Part shown: positions 38,301 through 51,499 of the stretch, one piece after another | How the letters are laid out: each line of letters starts with the position of its first letter | Position numbering within the stretch: the first letter of the stretch is position 1 | NCBI GenBank assembly: GCA_951406725.2 | Contig: OX597816.1 | Coordinates: 154,504,001 to 154,568,000, forward strand | From: Octopus vulgaris | Lineage: Eukaryota | Reading direction: 5' to 3' | Length of the DNA stretch: 64,000 nucleotides | Notes under the pieces: generated by a model | What the model was told of the DNA's origin: nothing | Database searches by the model: none | Seen by the model: only the letters and a program-made list of their open reading frames with translations | Program-made: the position numbers and the translations under genes

Positions 38301-39559
38301 TTGTTATTTTTAACTTGTTAGTTTCTGGGTGCCTTTCTTTCATTTCATTTTTTTTTTAGTTATTGTATATTTGTTACTCACCTCTTTGGGATTTGGGATA
38401 GCTGTTGTGATGTGTGTGTTATTGAAGACAGAAGTGATGGGACATGAGGGCGAGTATAGAAAAGGGCAGGTATTTATAATGAAAAAAGGAAAAAAAGAAT
38501 ATATAAGTAAATGAACAGTGCAGAGAGGCTAGACTTTCAGGTTTCTTTCCATTTTGTTTTTAACTACTTGTTCTTAGCTAGGACTTTTTCTTTCTTGCTC
38601 TCCCCCATCAGCCCCTCTCTTGTGAGAGGGTTAGGGTTTATGAATAATGTTTTCCTGCCACCTGCTACCTCTTTAAGTATTTACATATATAGTGGTATTG
38701 ATAGTGTGTCTGTGTATTTATACACTGTCATGTGATTGTGTATGTGTGAGACTATTCATGTGTCTGCCTGTGTTTATGCCTGTTTATGTATGTGTAAGTG
38801 TTACTGTGTATATGTATGTGTGAGTTATGTTACTCACACAAAATAATTCTTATTAAATTACTATGTATGTCTTGTTTGTATGTAGATATATCTGTCACTG
38901 TCTGTCTTTGCTTGCATGCATGTTACTTTTCTTTACTTACTTGAATTCTTCCTCTGGGCAAGAAGCAGCTTTCTTACAAACACACTAAGTTCCACCACTG
39001 GAATTTAGATAGGAGAAAGGATGAGTTGAACTTTGCAAAAGTCTTGTATTTTGTTTTTCCTGTTTCACTTACAGATTGTATTTGTAAAGTACATGGTCAT
39101 TTCTTTACTTGAAAACCCTAGCCTTTCAACATTGCCACTTAGACATTTTACTAACATAGCTGAGTGCACCTGTCGTCATAAGTATAAATGTGAATATGTA
39201 ATTTAGATAAAGAAATTGAAGGTATTAAAGCATATATGTACTACCTTTCTTACTGATTTTAGTTGGAATTTCATAGCTATCTACTTCATCTGAATTGCAA
39301 AACCATAACCTTTGAAATATGATTTGAAGTATTTATACCAAAAGACCAAGAGTGGATTTGATAGATGGAAACTGAAAGAAACCTGTTACATGTATATATA
39401 AGTGTGAGATTGAAGAAATTGTAATTCATTGAGTAAATGTTTATTCAGTTAATTAGATATGTACAAGAGCCCTCTGCCAGCTGGCAAGTAATTGCACAAA
39501 CTTTTTTTTAAGGTGATGACAACAGTCCTTCAACTATCCTCTTGCTCTTCCTTTCAACT

Positions 39560-40380
39560 CCACAAGTTTAGAACTGTTACAATCACTGCCAGCACATTGG
39601 AAAGTAGGATGAATGAGGTTATTGAAATGATAGAACAGAGACATGTGGACTTGTGTTGTGTGCAAGTAGTAATGTGGAGGATAGTCTCAACTGATTCCTA
39701 ATGGTTAAGGAACACAGATACTTATTCTTTTAGATAGGCATCCGTAACAGGGTAGGTGGTGTAAGCTTACATTTGGTAGAGAAATGAATATATAAAGTAA
39801 TTGAAGTAGTCAGTGTGATAGGATAGTTAAGCTGACACTAGTCTTGCATAAATCAACAGTTACATATGTCTATGCATATGACTCACAATCTGTATTGGCA
39901 GATGATCAGAAAGACCACTTCTATGAGGTCATTTTACAAACTTCCTTGATGATGAATGACTGATTTTATGATTATTGTGGTTAGTGGCTTCAACAAACTT
40001 GTTGGGCAGCACTCCAATGTATTCTAGTGGGTACATGTAGATTATGGCTTTGGCTCTAGAAATGAGGAGGAAGCAAGGCTGCTGGAGTTTTGTGTTGAAA
40101 ATGATTTGATGATTTGCAACACTAACTTAAGGAAATCAGCCAGCTGCCTGATTACCTATCAGTCTGCTAGGTACGCTAGCCAGATTGATTAGGTTTCAAC
40201 CAGAAAATGGAATAGACAGGTGCTTGTACATGCAAGGTTTTTTCCATGTGAGGAGCAAAGAATGTACAATCCAGTATAGGTTAGTGGTTAGTGATGTCAG
40301 ATTCAGAAAAATAAACCAGTCTGGAAAAAAGGTATAGAAGCTCAAAGACCCAGTAAATAATCAGAAATTTAGAGATATAG
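39560..40380 (+). mobile_element. RTE LINE apurinic-type endonuclease domain remnant
   Basis: Frameshifted segments EVIEMIEQRHVDLCCVQ..WR, RVGGV, YGFGSRNEE..RLLEFC and ITYQS...SQID. Confidence 0.75.
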
Positions 40381-41389
40381 CATTGTGCTTGTGCTGAACA
40401 TATGTGAAAACCAAACCCCTTGTGTGTCTGTGTATCTTTGTATGTCTTTCAACATAGAGGTAACATAACAGAGACACTGAAAGATTTTCACCATAATGGC
40501 AGGGTGTTGAGAGAGAAATTCAGTGAGAGAGAGTGTATGTGTGTGTGAAAGATAGAATTAAAATTTGTTTCAAGAAAAAGCAGGTTGTTGAGAGAGAAAT
40601 ACAGAGAGAGAGATAGATTGTGTGTGAAAGATAGATAGGTAGTGTTATCACCATAGTAACTAACAAGACTTTCACTATATAACAGTCTACTATTAAAAGA
40701 AGGTACATGCATAATTAACAAATATTTTTGCTGGCCGTGTAGTGATGGGTAAGACCTAGTACACTATTAAACTATTCTGCATTGTAACCACTATGCTTAA
40801 CCCACAAGATAACCAAAAACATTTAAAAAAAACTTTATAGCCTGGCAAAGCCAGTAACTGCCAAAGCACTGAAGACACTGTCAGCTACTTGTAATACACA
40901 CTCACATAATAAATCTCTTTTTCAGTTTAAGATATGCTCTCTCTCTCTCTCTCACACACACAAACATACACAGCACACAGAGGCAATGGTTGATGACAGT
41001 CAAGGGGTTTGGTTTTCACATGTGTCCAGCGCAAGGACAATGTATATTTATAAATGTGGGATTACTATCCCATCTCTCCATTATACTGTTAATGGTGTTA
41101 ATTGTATTGGCAGAGTGGTGTGGTAGTGGATTCAACAATGGACTGATGTATTTTTTTGGGACAGTAACTTTTTAAACTGGTCATGTTTGGAGGTATTATT
41201 GTGATCTCATATCTCTTCCTGGTCTGAAAGATAGGCTTGGTACAAGGAAAATGGAGCAAAGAGACTTTATTGTTGTCAGGATAGTTTGAGTAATGGTGGG
41301 TTATTCTTCTTAATGGGAAAGGAGAAGGAGGCAACAGTCATGGGATCAATTGTGCTTGATTTTAGTGAAGGGATAATAACAAGGATGAT

Positions 41390-42080
41390 CATTGTTTCTA
41401 ATATAGGCACAAGGTCTGAAATTTTTGGGGAGTGGGTGAGTCGATTATATCAACACCATGGCTTAACTGGTGCTTATTTTATTGACCTGAAAAGGATGTA
41501 AGTCAGAATGGAGCTTGGCAGAATCTGAACTGACAATGTAAAGCTTGATGGAATTCCACTAAGTATTTTGCCTGGCATTCTAACGATTCTGCCAGCCCAT
41601 CACCTTAACCCTTTTGTTACTGTATTTATATTGAGGCGCTCTGTGTTTCTTTCGATTAATTTTAAATATAACAAAGAATTTAGTAAAATAACTTGGTTAT
41701 CATGAAACTGGTGTTAGAAACATAAATTGCAACTAAGGTTTGTTGGTAGATTTTAATTCAAAACTTATGCAAACAAGACATTTGTACGACAGAGCCAGAG
41801 GCAGTTTCAGCTGGGTTGGTATCGAAAGTATTAATGATGATAATAATAATAATGATAATAATCCTTTTCTCTTCTACTATAGGCACAAGGCCTGAAATTT
41901 TGGGGAAGGGTTATTTGATCACATTGACCCCAGTACATAACATACTTATTTCACTGACTCCAAAAAGATGGAAAGCAAAGTTGGCTTTGGCAGAATTTGA
42001 ACTCAGAATGTAAAGACAAAGGAAACATTGCTAAGCATCTTGTTTGGCATGCTAACTATTCTGACAGCTCACCCCCCTTG
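41390..42080 (-). mobile_element. Two minus-strand SINE family A copies (41390-41604, 41865-42080)
   Basis: Reverse-complement cores such as gcaaagttggctttggcagaatttgaactcagaatgtaaag. Confidence 0.75.
41609..41830. mobile_element. piggyBac-like MITE
   Basis: TTAA at both ends; termini cccttttgttac / gtatcgaaagta (imperfect inverted repeat). Confidence 0.6.
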
Positions 42081-42185
42081 ATAATAATTTTGTATTAATA
42101 ATTGTTGTTATCCATTTATTAAGTGTTTTTCATCAGAACTATTTTGCTTTGGTTTTACATATCTGTTTTGATTTCTCTGTTGTAG

Positions 42186-42303
42186 AATTTTATTCGAAAT
42201 CATCCCGAGTGCACCTTAGTGGACCCATTAGAGAATGTATGTCGATTACTTAATCGTTATGAACAATACTTGCAAGTACAGAAGTTGGAACTCTCTAGTA
42301 ATG
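42186..42303 (+). CDS. ITPK1: ITPK1 coding exon (118 nt), NFIRNHPECTLVDPLENVCRLLNRYEQYLQVQKLELSSN(G)
   Basis: tgttgtag|...|gtgagt. HPE..DPL...LL.R motif (human HPETIVLDPLPAIRTLLDR). Frame is continuous with both neighbouring exons. Confidence 0.95.
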
Positions 42304-42397
42304 GTGAGTATAAAAATTTCCATAATTGTTCTCAACACAGATGAGTAATCAATTAGTTTTGTTTTTTTAATCACAAGATAGCCTTGGTCGTTTAAAC

Positions 42398-42665
42398 CAG
42401 TGGTTAGTTCTCAACCATTTTCTATCTATTGACCCCTTGGAGTACTATTTTATTCTGGTGGACCCCCATAGCCAATCTATATTTAAAAACAGGAACTTCT
42501 TTCAAAATTCCTATGTGAAAGAAACTTAGAAGTTTCTTGCAATATATACAGCTAAAGCAAAAGTTTTTTAAAGGCTCTTAAAATACTATTGTGGATCCTT
42601 AGTTTACTCTTTTGTTGTGTGACCCCCTCAATCTTATAATGGACCCTCAAGTGCCATATCCACTG
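42398..42665. mobile_element. Possible degenerate hAT MITE
   Basis: Starts cagtggtt..ttctcaacc and ends ccactg, with internal ggacccc motifs. No clear TSD. Confidence 0.35.
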
Positions 42666-42834
42666 GCCAAAGACATTCCAGCTGTAACCAACATTTTTTT
42701 TCTGCTGTGTGTGCTTCCTTTTCTTAAAACAGTGGCATATGATACAAATAAGTGACTTCAGTGGAGAAAACAGCAACAGTGTTTCTTCAAATTTTTAATA
42801 GTCTCAATATACAAAGTGATAGTCTTTTATACTT

Positions 42835-43192
42835 TTTTATCTTTTACTTGTTTCAGTCATTAGACTGCAACCATGGTGGGGCACTGCCTTGAATATTTAG
42901 CCAAATGAATTGAACCTGGTACTTATTCTATTGGCCCCTTTTGCCAAACTGCTAAGTAGGCGTAAACACACCAACATCTGTTGTCAAATGGTGGTGGACA
43001 AACAGAAAAAAAAGACGTGTGCACACACACACGATGGGCTTCTTTCAGTTTCTGACTACTAAATCCACTCACAAGGCTTTGGTCAGCCTGAGGCTATAGT
43101 AGAATGCACTTGCCCAAGGCACCACACAATGGGACTGAACCTGGAACCATGTGATTGGGAAGCAAGTTTCTTACCACACAGCTATGCTTGTG
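42835..43192 (-). mobile_element. SINE family B
   Basis: Homologous to 29955-30360. Confidence 0.85.
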
Positions 43193-43439
43193 CTGCTAAG
43201 TGCAATAGTTTTAGTTAAAAAAGATTTTCAAAAGAAATAATATGCAACATGGGTTCAGGTTTTAGTTGTAGGTCATTTTGCTTATTTCTGTTTGAGATCT
43301 TAGGAATAGAGCATGAAAACAGGGTCAAAGGTCTGATATTAATAACTACTTCTATCATCAAATAACTGGAGCAAACAATTGTATTCTTTGCTAAAATTTG
43401 AGTGTAGGTAAATAAATATTCTTTTCTTGCTGTGGAAAG

Positions 43440-43860
43440 TGCAGGCATGACTGTATAGTTAAAACTTTGGCTGTGCAATCACATGGTTTTGGGTTCAATC
43501 CCACTGCATGGGATCTTGGGTGGGTGTCTTCTTTTATAGACTTAGTTTGAACAATGCCCTCTATATGGAAGGCTGGACAATGTGTATGTGCAAATGCATG
43601 TGTGTGTGTGTGTGTGTGTTTGCACTTGTGTGTGTGCATGTACATTTGTCACTACAGGTTTCCACATTGTCTCTGCTTAGGTAGCAGTGATGCTTATGTC
43701 CCTCATAATGTGTCTTATAGCTTGGTTTGATGTATGAAGACTAGTAGATATAATAACCTCTTTGAAAACAAGGGTTGGCAATAAGAAAGACAGTCAGCCA
43801 TACAATACTGCCTCAAGAAGTCTTGTCCAACTTATGCAAGCTTGAGAAAAGTGGAGAAAT
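43440..43860 (+). mobile_element. Degenerate SINE family B variant
   Basis: gcaggcatgactgtatagttaa...gggttcaatcccactg head and RTE-like tail. Confidence 0.55.
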
Positions 43861-44039
43861 TATGATGTTGTTTTAGTGTGTCTTTTTTATCGGTGACAAA
43901 CAAAAAAAAGAAAAGCCCTTCCCGCCCCCAACTACTGAATTCCTGAAAAAATATGAACGTAATGGGATTAGGAATTTGCCTAGTTTTGTACCTTGGGAAA
44001 GTCATTATACCAATAATATTGGTAATAAAGAAGTAATTA

Positions 44040-44686
44040 CACTTCTTTATTACTTATTTGTCAATTTGTTAACTATTTAACCACTTGACTAATCAGTCGG
44101 TTAGGTTTGTCAAAGTCCTTTCGTTGCTATTCGCAACTCCATTAATGACATGCCATCATAAATGGTGACAAAAATGCTTTAACAACCTAAATGATTGATT
44201 GATGAATTGATCAATGAATCAGACAATTGATTAGTTAAGAAGAAAAATGCTTTTCCTACAGTCAGTTATACAACAGATCACATTTTAAATTATAACATTT
44301 AAATACAAAATAACAGAAAAAACAAAGATAAAAAAGGAAAAGAAAAAAAGTGGAGTGTAAGGCAACTGATGATGGAAGAGAAGGGACAGTGGGCTACACA
44401 CACTGGAACAAATGATGTGCTCAGCTGCACCCTGCACTAATGACCATGATGGCGTTGCTGCAGAGAATGGTCAGTGATACTTGCTGCAGCAGTCACTCTA
44501 TCTCGAGGTGCTCATTTCTCAGATGGGCCATTGTTATATCACAATTTTGCAGAAGAAATTGGTAGTATAGGGTCTGAGAATATATGATGTCTTAATGGCA
44601 AGCAACACAAACTGATAGCAACTGGTTCAGTCCCCCGTAATTAGTTAAATAGTTAACCAATTGACAAATAAATAATAAAGAAGTGA
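44040..44686. mobile_element. Element bounded by ~42-bp terminal inverted repeats (MITE-like)
   Basis: cacttctttattacttatttgtcaatttgttaactatttaac versus the reverse complement of 44645-44686 (2 mismatches). Confidence 0.6.
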
Positions 44687-44860
44687 AATAGAACCAGTAC
44701 ATGTGTTTATCATTAGCGTAATGATCCTCTCAAAACTGCACAGAATATGTTTCAACACACCTGTTCTCATCAAGAATCTTACAAACTAAATACAAAAGCG
44801 ACATTTGTCAAGTGATGTCAATCTTTAAGATGCTGTGCAGTTTGTTCAAACATGAGATAA

Positions 44861-45531
44861 GCCTTTAGCATTCAGATTACACTGTCAAATGTAATGCTTA
44901 TTCATTCACATTGTTTCAAGTTAATCATATATTATCTTGTAGCATTGAGATTTCAATGATGTGATTATTAATTTTAGAATGACACATGGTAGGTGTGAAA
45001 ATCCAGATCTGGTCAATATGAACATAAAAAAAAGATAGAAAATTTGAGTTGGATACAGCTGTTGAAAAGCTACATCTGGTCGGTGCTAATGTATGGATGT
45101 GAGTCTTGGACAATAAGCAAGGTCATGGAGAAGAAATTCAAAGCTCCAGAAATGTGGTTTTATAGAAAAATGCTTAGAATCTTGTGGGTACAGAGGGTGA
45201 TGAATGTGGAAGTGTTGAAGATGAAAGCGAAGAAATAGTTGATGGATACTATCAGAAATACAGTGGAGATTTGTTGGTCATTTTCTCAGAGAGGCTGATG
45301 GAATGGAGTGTTACATGGCGGAGACTGAGCTGGTGGGAAGGAGAGTGAAAGGAAGGCAGAGAATGAAGATGTTTGACTGGATCAAGAAGAGAATGAACAT
45401 GCAGAGTGAGAAAGACCTAGGTGATGTTGTGAGAGACAGGAATAAATGGAGGCGGAGCAAGCCATGATTCATCAACGACATGAATATACCATGACATAAG
45501 AGTAGAGATAGCTTTTGTAAATGCTGAAGGG
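44861..45531. mobile_element. piggyBac-like MITE interrupted by an RTE/BovB-like LINE 3' fragment (~45040-45495, +)
   Basis: Termini (a)taa-gcctttagcatt ... aatgctgaaggg-ttaa; its 5' part is also at 32650-32740. The insert encodes LLKSYIWSVLMYGCESWT...EMWFYRKMLRI.W. Confidence 0.7.
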
Positions 45532-48500
45532 TTAAATTTGACCATTTATTCCATAAAGCTAGCACATCAATAATGCGCTTGTTTCAAACAAATTTGATAA
45601 ATTACTTTGTAATTTTAATTTCCTTTATACACTAATTGCTTAAAGTACATGCTGGTTTTCATGTGAACAGTTTAAATGGAGCATAGTTCAGTGACTCTTG
45701 GCATTCCCCCTCTTCCTCATCCTGCATTATAGCTATTGATGTTACTACTACTACTATTACTACCACCACCAACACTAGTACAGCTGTCATTACTACAACT
45801 GTCACTACTACTTACTACTTGTCCTCTTCTTTTTATAAGATATGGGTTAAGATTTGACAGTAGTTGTTTAGCTGCTGTTTCAATCATGGCCACTGCCTAT
45901 TGAGTGAAACAGGAAGAAAAGAATAAAAGATGTTCTATTAGTCAATCATATCAATACTAGTTACATGCTTTAGTTCTGATATTCATTTCATCAATATCTC
46001 TTTATCAAATGTCTAAGTAATGCTTTGACATAAAAGAACACAGCACACTAGCTTACACTGGTAAAAATCAACAAAGCACAACTTACATACATACACATAT
46101 ACATATACACACGCGCACACACACACACGTACATCTATTTGTCTGCTGGTCTGTCTACTAACATGTCCACCTTAAAACACCATTTTAATGCCCTCTTCTC
46201 TGTATGAGTCAGACAGAATTTGTTGAGGTCACTTTCTGTGATAGTACAGTTTGGATGGACTATGACAGTCTGGATCAATTCTTGTTTGGAATTAATGCAC
46301 ATCTAGTTAAGTCAGAGACCATGCTTTACTCATAAGTACCCTTGCTATAGAAACCATTTGTAGAGTGCGGTGGGTGCATTTTAGTTTGAGACTAGCACTA
46401 GAGTAGTTGTCTAGTTCTTGGGTCCTTTCTAGTTTATGTTGTCTCTGTACATTTGCCATCCACATAAGAGGTGAATTTTATCATGGCACTAAGATTAGAG
46501 ATTTTTTATTTATCTTTTGGAAAGACTAAAGTCTTCTCTCTACTGTATTATCTCTGTACATTTAAGGCAGCATGATCAGAATGAACAGAAATGAGAGTGA
46601 TGAAGAGAAAATTTGGGTAGGAGGATGATAAAAAAAAATATAGTGGATTGACAGGAGTAAACAGGCAGTGGAGGAGGTAATCAAGGAAGAAAGACAGTGA
46701 TAGGCAGCTACATTATAGTAGTTGGTAAGGACATTGAATAGAAATAACAGCATGAATGACTATTGGGCTAGAGAGAGAGAGAGAGTGAGTGATAGAAGGG
46801 AGATTCTCTTTCCTCTTTCTGATGATATATATGTATATATATATATATATATATATACAGGCTTTTCACAGTTTCTATCTTGCAAATTCTACTCACAAGC
46901 TATTTGTCAAGCTAACACTGCATGACATTTACCAAAGGTGCCACTCAATGAGACTACACATAGAACTATATGAGTACTAAGTGTTCTTAACCACTATGTT
47001 TGTACCATGCATGTGTGTGTGAATATGTATGTGTGTGAATATGTATGTGTGTGCATATATGAATGTGTGTGTATATTTATATGTGTATGTATATATATGT
47101 GTATGTATATTACTAAAAAATTCAAGTTGACTCTACTTTCAGTTTTGAGTCACCCTGTTATTAAATTGATATTGTCTGTTATTCTAATAATCTTACATAT
47201 GCTTTCCATGCTAGCTTGGGTTGGATACTTCAACAGGATCCAACAAGTTAGAAGAATATGTTGTGCTTCAGTGTCTTAGTTTTCACATAGTTACTATGAC
47301 TGATTGCTCTTCCTAATATCACTCACTTTACAAAGTGTATTGAGTGCATTTTTATAACACCAGCACTAGCAAGATTGCCTTGCAACTTGCAAGGCTAAAG
47401 AGCCTAAAGAAAGGCTCCATGATGGAAAGAAGCATAGGAGGGTGAGTGACGGATTAAGGCAAGGTGACGAGAGAAGTTAGAGTATAATGAAAGGATCTGA
47501 TATATTGTGGGAGAGCAGCAGTGAAGAGAGCAACTGAGTAGACACTGTTGGAGGAGGGAGTGTGGAAGGAAAAGAGAAAGGGATTTGAAACAGAGATATC
47601 CATTGCTATTCCATGTTATTAGGGTGATTATAAGTGAAAGGTATGAAGAAAGTGAACAAGAAAGAGAAAAAGATGAGGGTAGCAAGAATCTGGAAAGGGG
47701 CATAGAAGGAAAGAGAGATCTGTGTGTGTGTGTGTGTGAGTGGGAGTCAAGGATGTGAGCCAGAGATGGAAAGATGAAAGTGTTGAGGTCATGGAGCGAG
47801 GATAGAATAGTATGAGAAAGGGAAGTTGGAGGGGACCAGTCTTAACAGATGTAAAGTTAATGTTTTGGAGTACTACTGACTACATGGTTATGTGTTCAAA
47901 ATCTTACTGTGACAACCATTATGTCATGTTTCTCATTAAGACATATATCTTTGCTCCAGTTTGTCCGACAAACAAAACTAGATTCTACCATCTACTGTAT
48001 AGTTGAAGAATTAAGAATAAGAATTATAACCAGTAGTTCAATATAATAAAAGAAAAGAATGGATATAGTAAAAATACATATATATATATATACTCACTCA
48101 GTTACTTCCTCTGCTCAACTTTGACAAAATACTAATGCTAATAGACTGGCATGTTCCTTTAAACAAGTTATATAACTCTGGTTACTTCAGCTTGCCTGAC
48201 TGAGTTCAAAGTTGTGTGAAGGTTCAGTTGTAACAAAGAACAGCTAATTGTAATAACACTTGCTCTATCAATATACAACTGTCCAGATTACAGGAAAACA
48301 TTGAGCTCAGCTATGTTACTGAAATAAAATGGGTAAAAAAAAGTAATATATATTTTTTGTGTGTGTATTTCTGTATGTATTATATCAATGGTTTTGGCCA
48401 TTGGACTGACCATACTGTAAAATCTCTTCTGTTTTTTTCTTATTCTCTATATTGACCCTAATACACGTGTCCTTAAAGAGAGATAACTCAGTCGAGCATG

Positions 48501-48591
48501 AATAATGCAGTTTATTCTTGCTTGACGTTCTGTTTCTGCTCATTGGTCACCTTCATTTTATATATATATGTATATATATATATATATCTTA

Positions 48592-48880
48592 CTACCAGCA
48601 TCGCCTTACTGGTACTTGTGCAGGTGACATGTAAAAAAAAAAAAAACACAATTTTTTTTGTGGCCGTTGCCAGTACCGCCTGACTGGCCCTCGTGCCAGT
48701 GGCATGTAAAAGTACCCACTACACTCTCGGAGTGGTTGGCATTAGGAAGGGCATCCAGCTGTAGAAACTCTGCCAGATCGAGATTGGAGCCTGGTGCAGC
48801 CATCTGGTTCACCAGTCCTCAGTCAAATCGTCCAACCCATGCTAGCATGGAAAGCGGACGTTAAACGATGATGATGATGG
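48592..48880 (+). mobile_element. RTE-tail element
   Basis: Near-identical to 32297-32578; ends (GAT)n. Confidence 0.85.
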
Positions 48881-49224
48881 TGATATATATTCAAAAACAT
48901 TGGGATACCATTTTTCATCCACTATATATAATTCATATTGTAGTGGTCAGTCTGAAGCTGTTAGAAGACACTTGCTCAATGTACTGTGTAGCAGGATTGA
49001 ACATGGTACCCTGTGATTACAAAGCCAAATTTCATGACCACATAGTTTTACCTGTGCCTATAAAAATTGATCTTTATAACACCTGGGTTTCAGTAGCTGT
49101 CACCCATCTAACCAGACTTGACATTGTTTAACTTTATTGAAAAGATGAAAAGTTGTGTTGTAGTGTGAGATGGGCAAACATTGTTTTTCTATAAAGAGTT
49201 AACAAATGATAATTTTCTTTTCAG

Positions 49225-49323
49225 GTATAGAAGTTTTTGTTCCTACATTTGTTGAACTCAAATCAAATGTTATTGAGGAAAACAAATGTAAATTAAAGGC
49301 TGCCAACATGGAGTTTCCTTTTG
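49225..49323 (+). CDS. ITPK1: ITPK1 coding exon (99 nt), GIEVFVPTFVELKSNVIEENKCKLKAANMEFPF(V)
   Basis: ttcttttcag|...|gtgagt. P.F.EL...FPF matches human PPFMEL...TFPF. Phase 1-1. Confidence 0.93.
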
Positions 49324-49873
49324 GTGAGTTCTATATCTTTTTTTGTTTTAATTTTTGGTTTGAACTTATTTGACCATTCAAAAAAATATTTTTTACCAAA
49401 GGGACTTTTAGTCAAAACTTTCAAAAATGTCTGAGGTCTTCCTTTTACATTAAGCTTGACATGGGTCATTATTTTGATATGTTGCATTCATTCATTCATT
49501 CATTCATTCATATATACGTGTGTGTGTGTGTGTGTCTTCTGTATTTAATCATTTAAATTCTTTCTCTGTTTGTCTGTACATACATATGTACATATATATG
49601 TGTGTATAATGAAAGGTTGCATACATGCATATTTGTGTGTAACCTTCCATCATAAATATTCAATGCATTTCATCATCAGAATCTGTTGCCTAAAGAGGCC
49701 ACACACACACAGATATAGAATATGAGGTGTTTAGTTCACTGATGATCTAAACCAGTAGGTATGCTGCATAATTGCTATAATTGGTCATCCATTAGGTTCC
49801 AAGTTCACAGCTGAGGTGAGGCTGGAGCTAGGGATCTGTAGTAGGCTTCCAAGTTTGCAGGTATATATATACA

Positions 49874-49959
49874 CGAGGGGTGTATGAAAAGTTTTGAGCC
49901 TTGAAGTCTTGTACCATGTTTTGTATTTTTGAGGCTCAATACTTTTCATAAACCCCTCG
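49874..49959. mobile_element. 86-bp mariner-type mini-MITE
   Basis: TIRs cgaggggtgtatgaaaagttttgagcct / aggctcaatacttttcataaacccctcg, set in a (TA)n context. Confidence 0.85.
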
Positions 49960-50005
<46 letters not shown>

Positions 50006-50477
50006 CACACACACACATTCATACACACACACATACACAGCAAGGGCCACAACATATCTTCATATTTCTCAGTCATTAGCCAACATCTTATCTGACCTCT
50101 GTTGTTGCTCAACCAACCCCTTTGTGGTTTTCTTTTATTGTGTGTCTGCCTATTTGTTAGCAGTTGGATGTCATGATGTTTAATAAAGCAGTGTGAATTG
50201 GACAGTTTAACAGGATCTGATGGGCCCAAGAACTGCCAGTGTTTGCCTTAGTTGGGTGTATACAGCTAGGTGGCCTTCTTAATGCTAACCACTTTATAAT
50301 GTGTACTTGTGGATTTTTCTTGTTCCACATGCAGTTTGCAAAACTATGAACCCTGAGGCTATGAGGGAAGGATGTCAGTTTTATGCTAGGAGATGAGTGG
50401 GTTAAAGTGTGAGGTGAAGTGGGGCAAATCCTAACATGGTTAACACACCCCTTTAACTGAATGTACTGTATTGCAAA

Positions 50478-50811
50478 TGTAGTGTGGTGGATGAAGAGGA
50501 CAACAGAAGAAGAAGCAACGGGAGAAAGAAATACAAAAGGCCTTACCTTGGCGAAGATCAGCGGTCTCTCACGAATTCGACACATCCTGTCGCTTCGTCA
50601 TCTATGCTCGAACTGGCCCTTCATCAATGACCACACGTGTGTCCTGCTTGACCTCTTCTGCTTCCTGCGACGCATGCACCCTGCAGTCTTCTGCCGGCCC
50701 CTACAAGCCCTACTTTCCCCACCTCATCTGTCATCCTCTCCACCAGCACCACATAGCTCATCACGTCCCATAGCACCGACTGCCAACACCACAGCAAACA
50801 TTTAGATCACA
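50478..50811 (-). mobile_element. Possible solo LTR (CpG-rich, TGT...ACA termini)
   Basis: 334-bp GC/CpG-rich island starting tgt and ending aca. No TSD found. Confidence 0.3.
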
Positions 50812-51182
50812 TGCCCAGTTTCTTTGCAGGAAGAATATTTTTTCTGCAGGACTTGACCTACAACTGTTCAGATTAGGTATCAGTTGCAATAGTCTCAGTT
50901 ATCTTGGTCCACCTACTAAAGTCATAAGAACTGACCCTTGTAGAATGTCCATAATATGTTTATAGATATGAAGCATTATTGTTGAGTATAGAAGTATCAA
51001 GTGATCTTGGTGGAAGGAATCTGAAAAAGATGGGAGATACAGGATGTGTTGGTGAATTCCTTATGGGTCTTCATGAAGAATGTGACAATGGGGGCTGCAA
51101 TAAGTGGCAGGGTACTGTGTGAGGGAAGACTTGTTCAGCATGCAAGCATGGGAAAAATAGTTGTAAAATGATTATAATAATG

Positions 51183-51293
<111 letters not shown>

Positions 51294-51499
51294 CTCAAAT
51301 GCATTTGTGTGTGCGTGTGTGTGTGTATTCCATTGTTTCCTATGTCTCCATTCTTACTGAGTCTGGACTTATACATCTAATTCAAATGTATGTAGATGTT
51401 CATTTGTATGAGTTTGTCCATATATCTGTCTGCCTAATTATCTCTTATAAAGTGTGTGCTCATGTACATATATAGGTATGACTGTGTGGTTAAAAGTTC

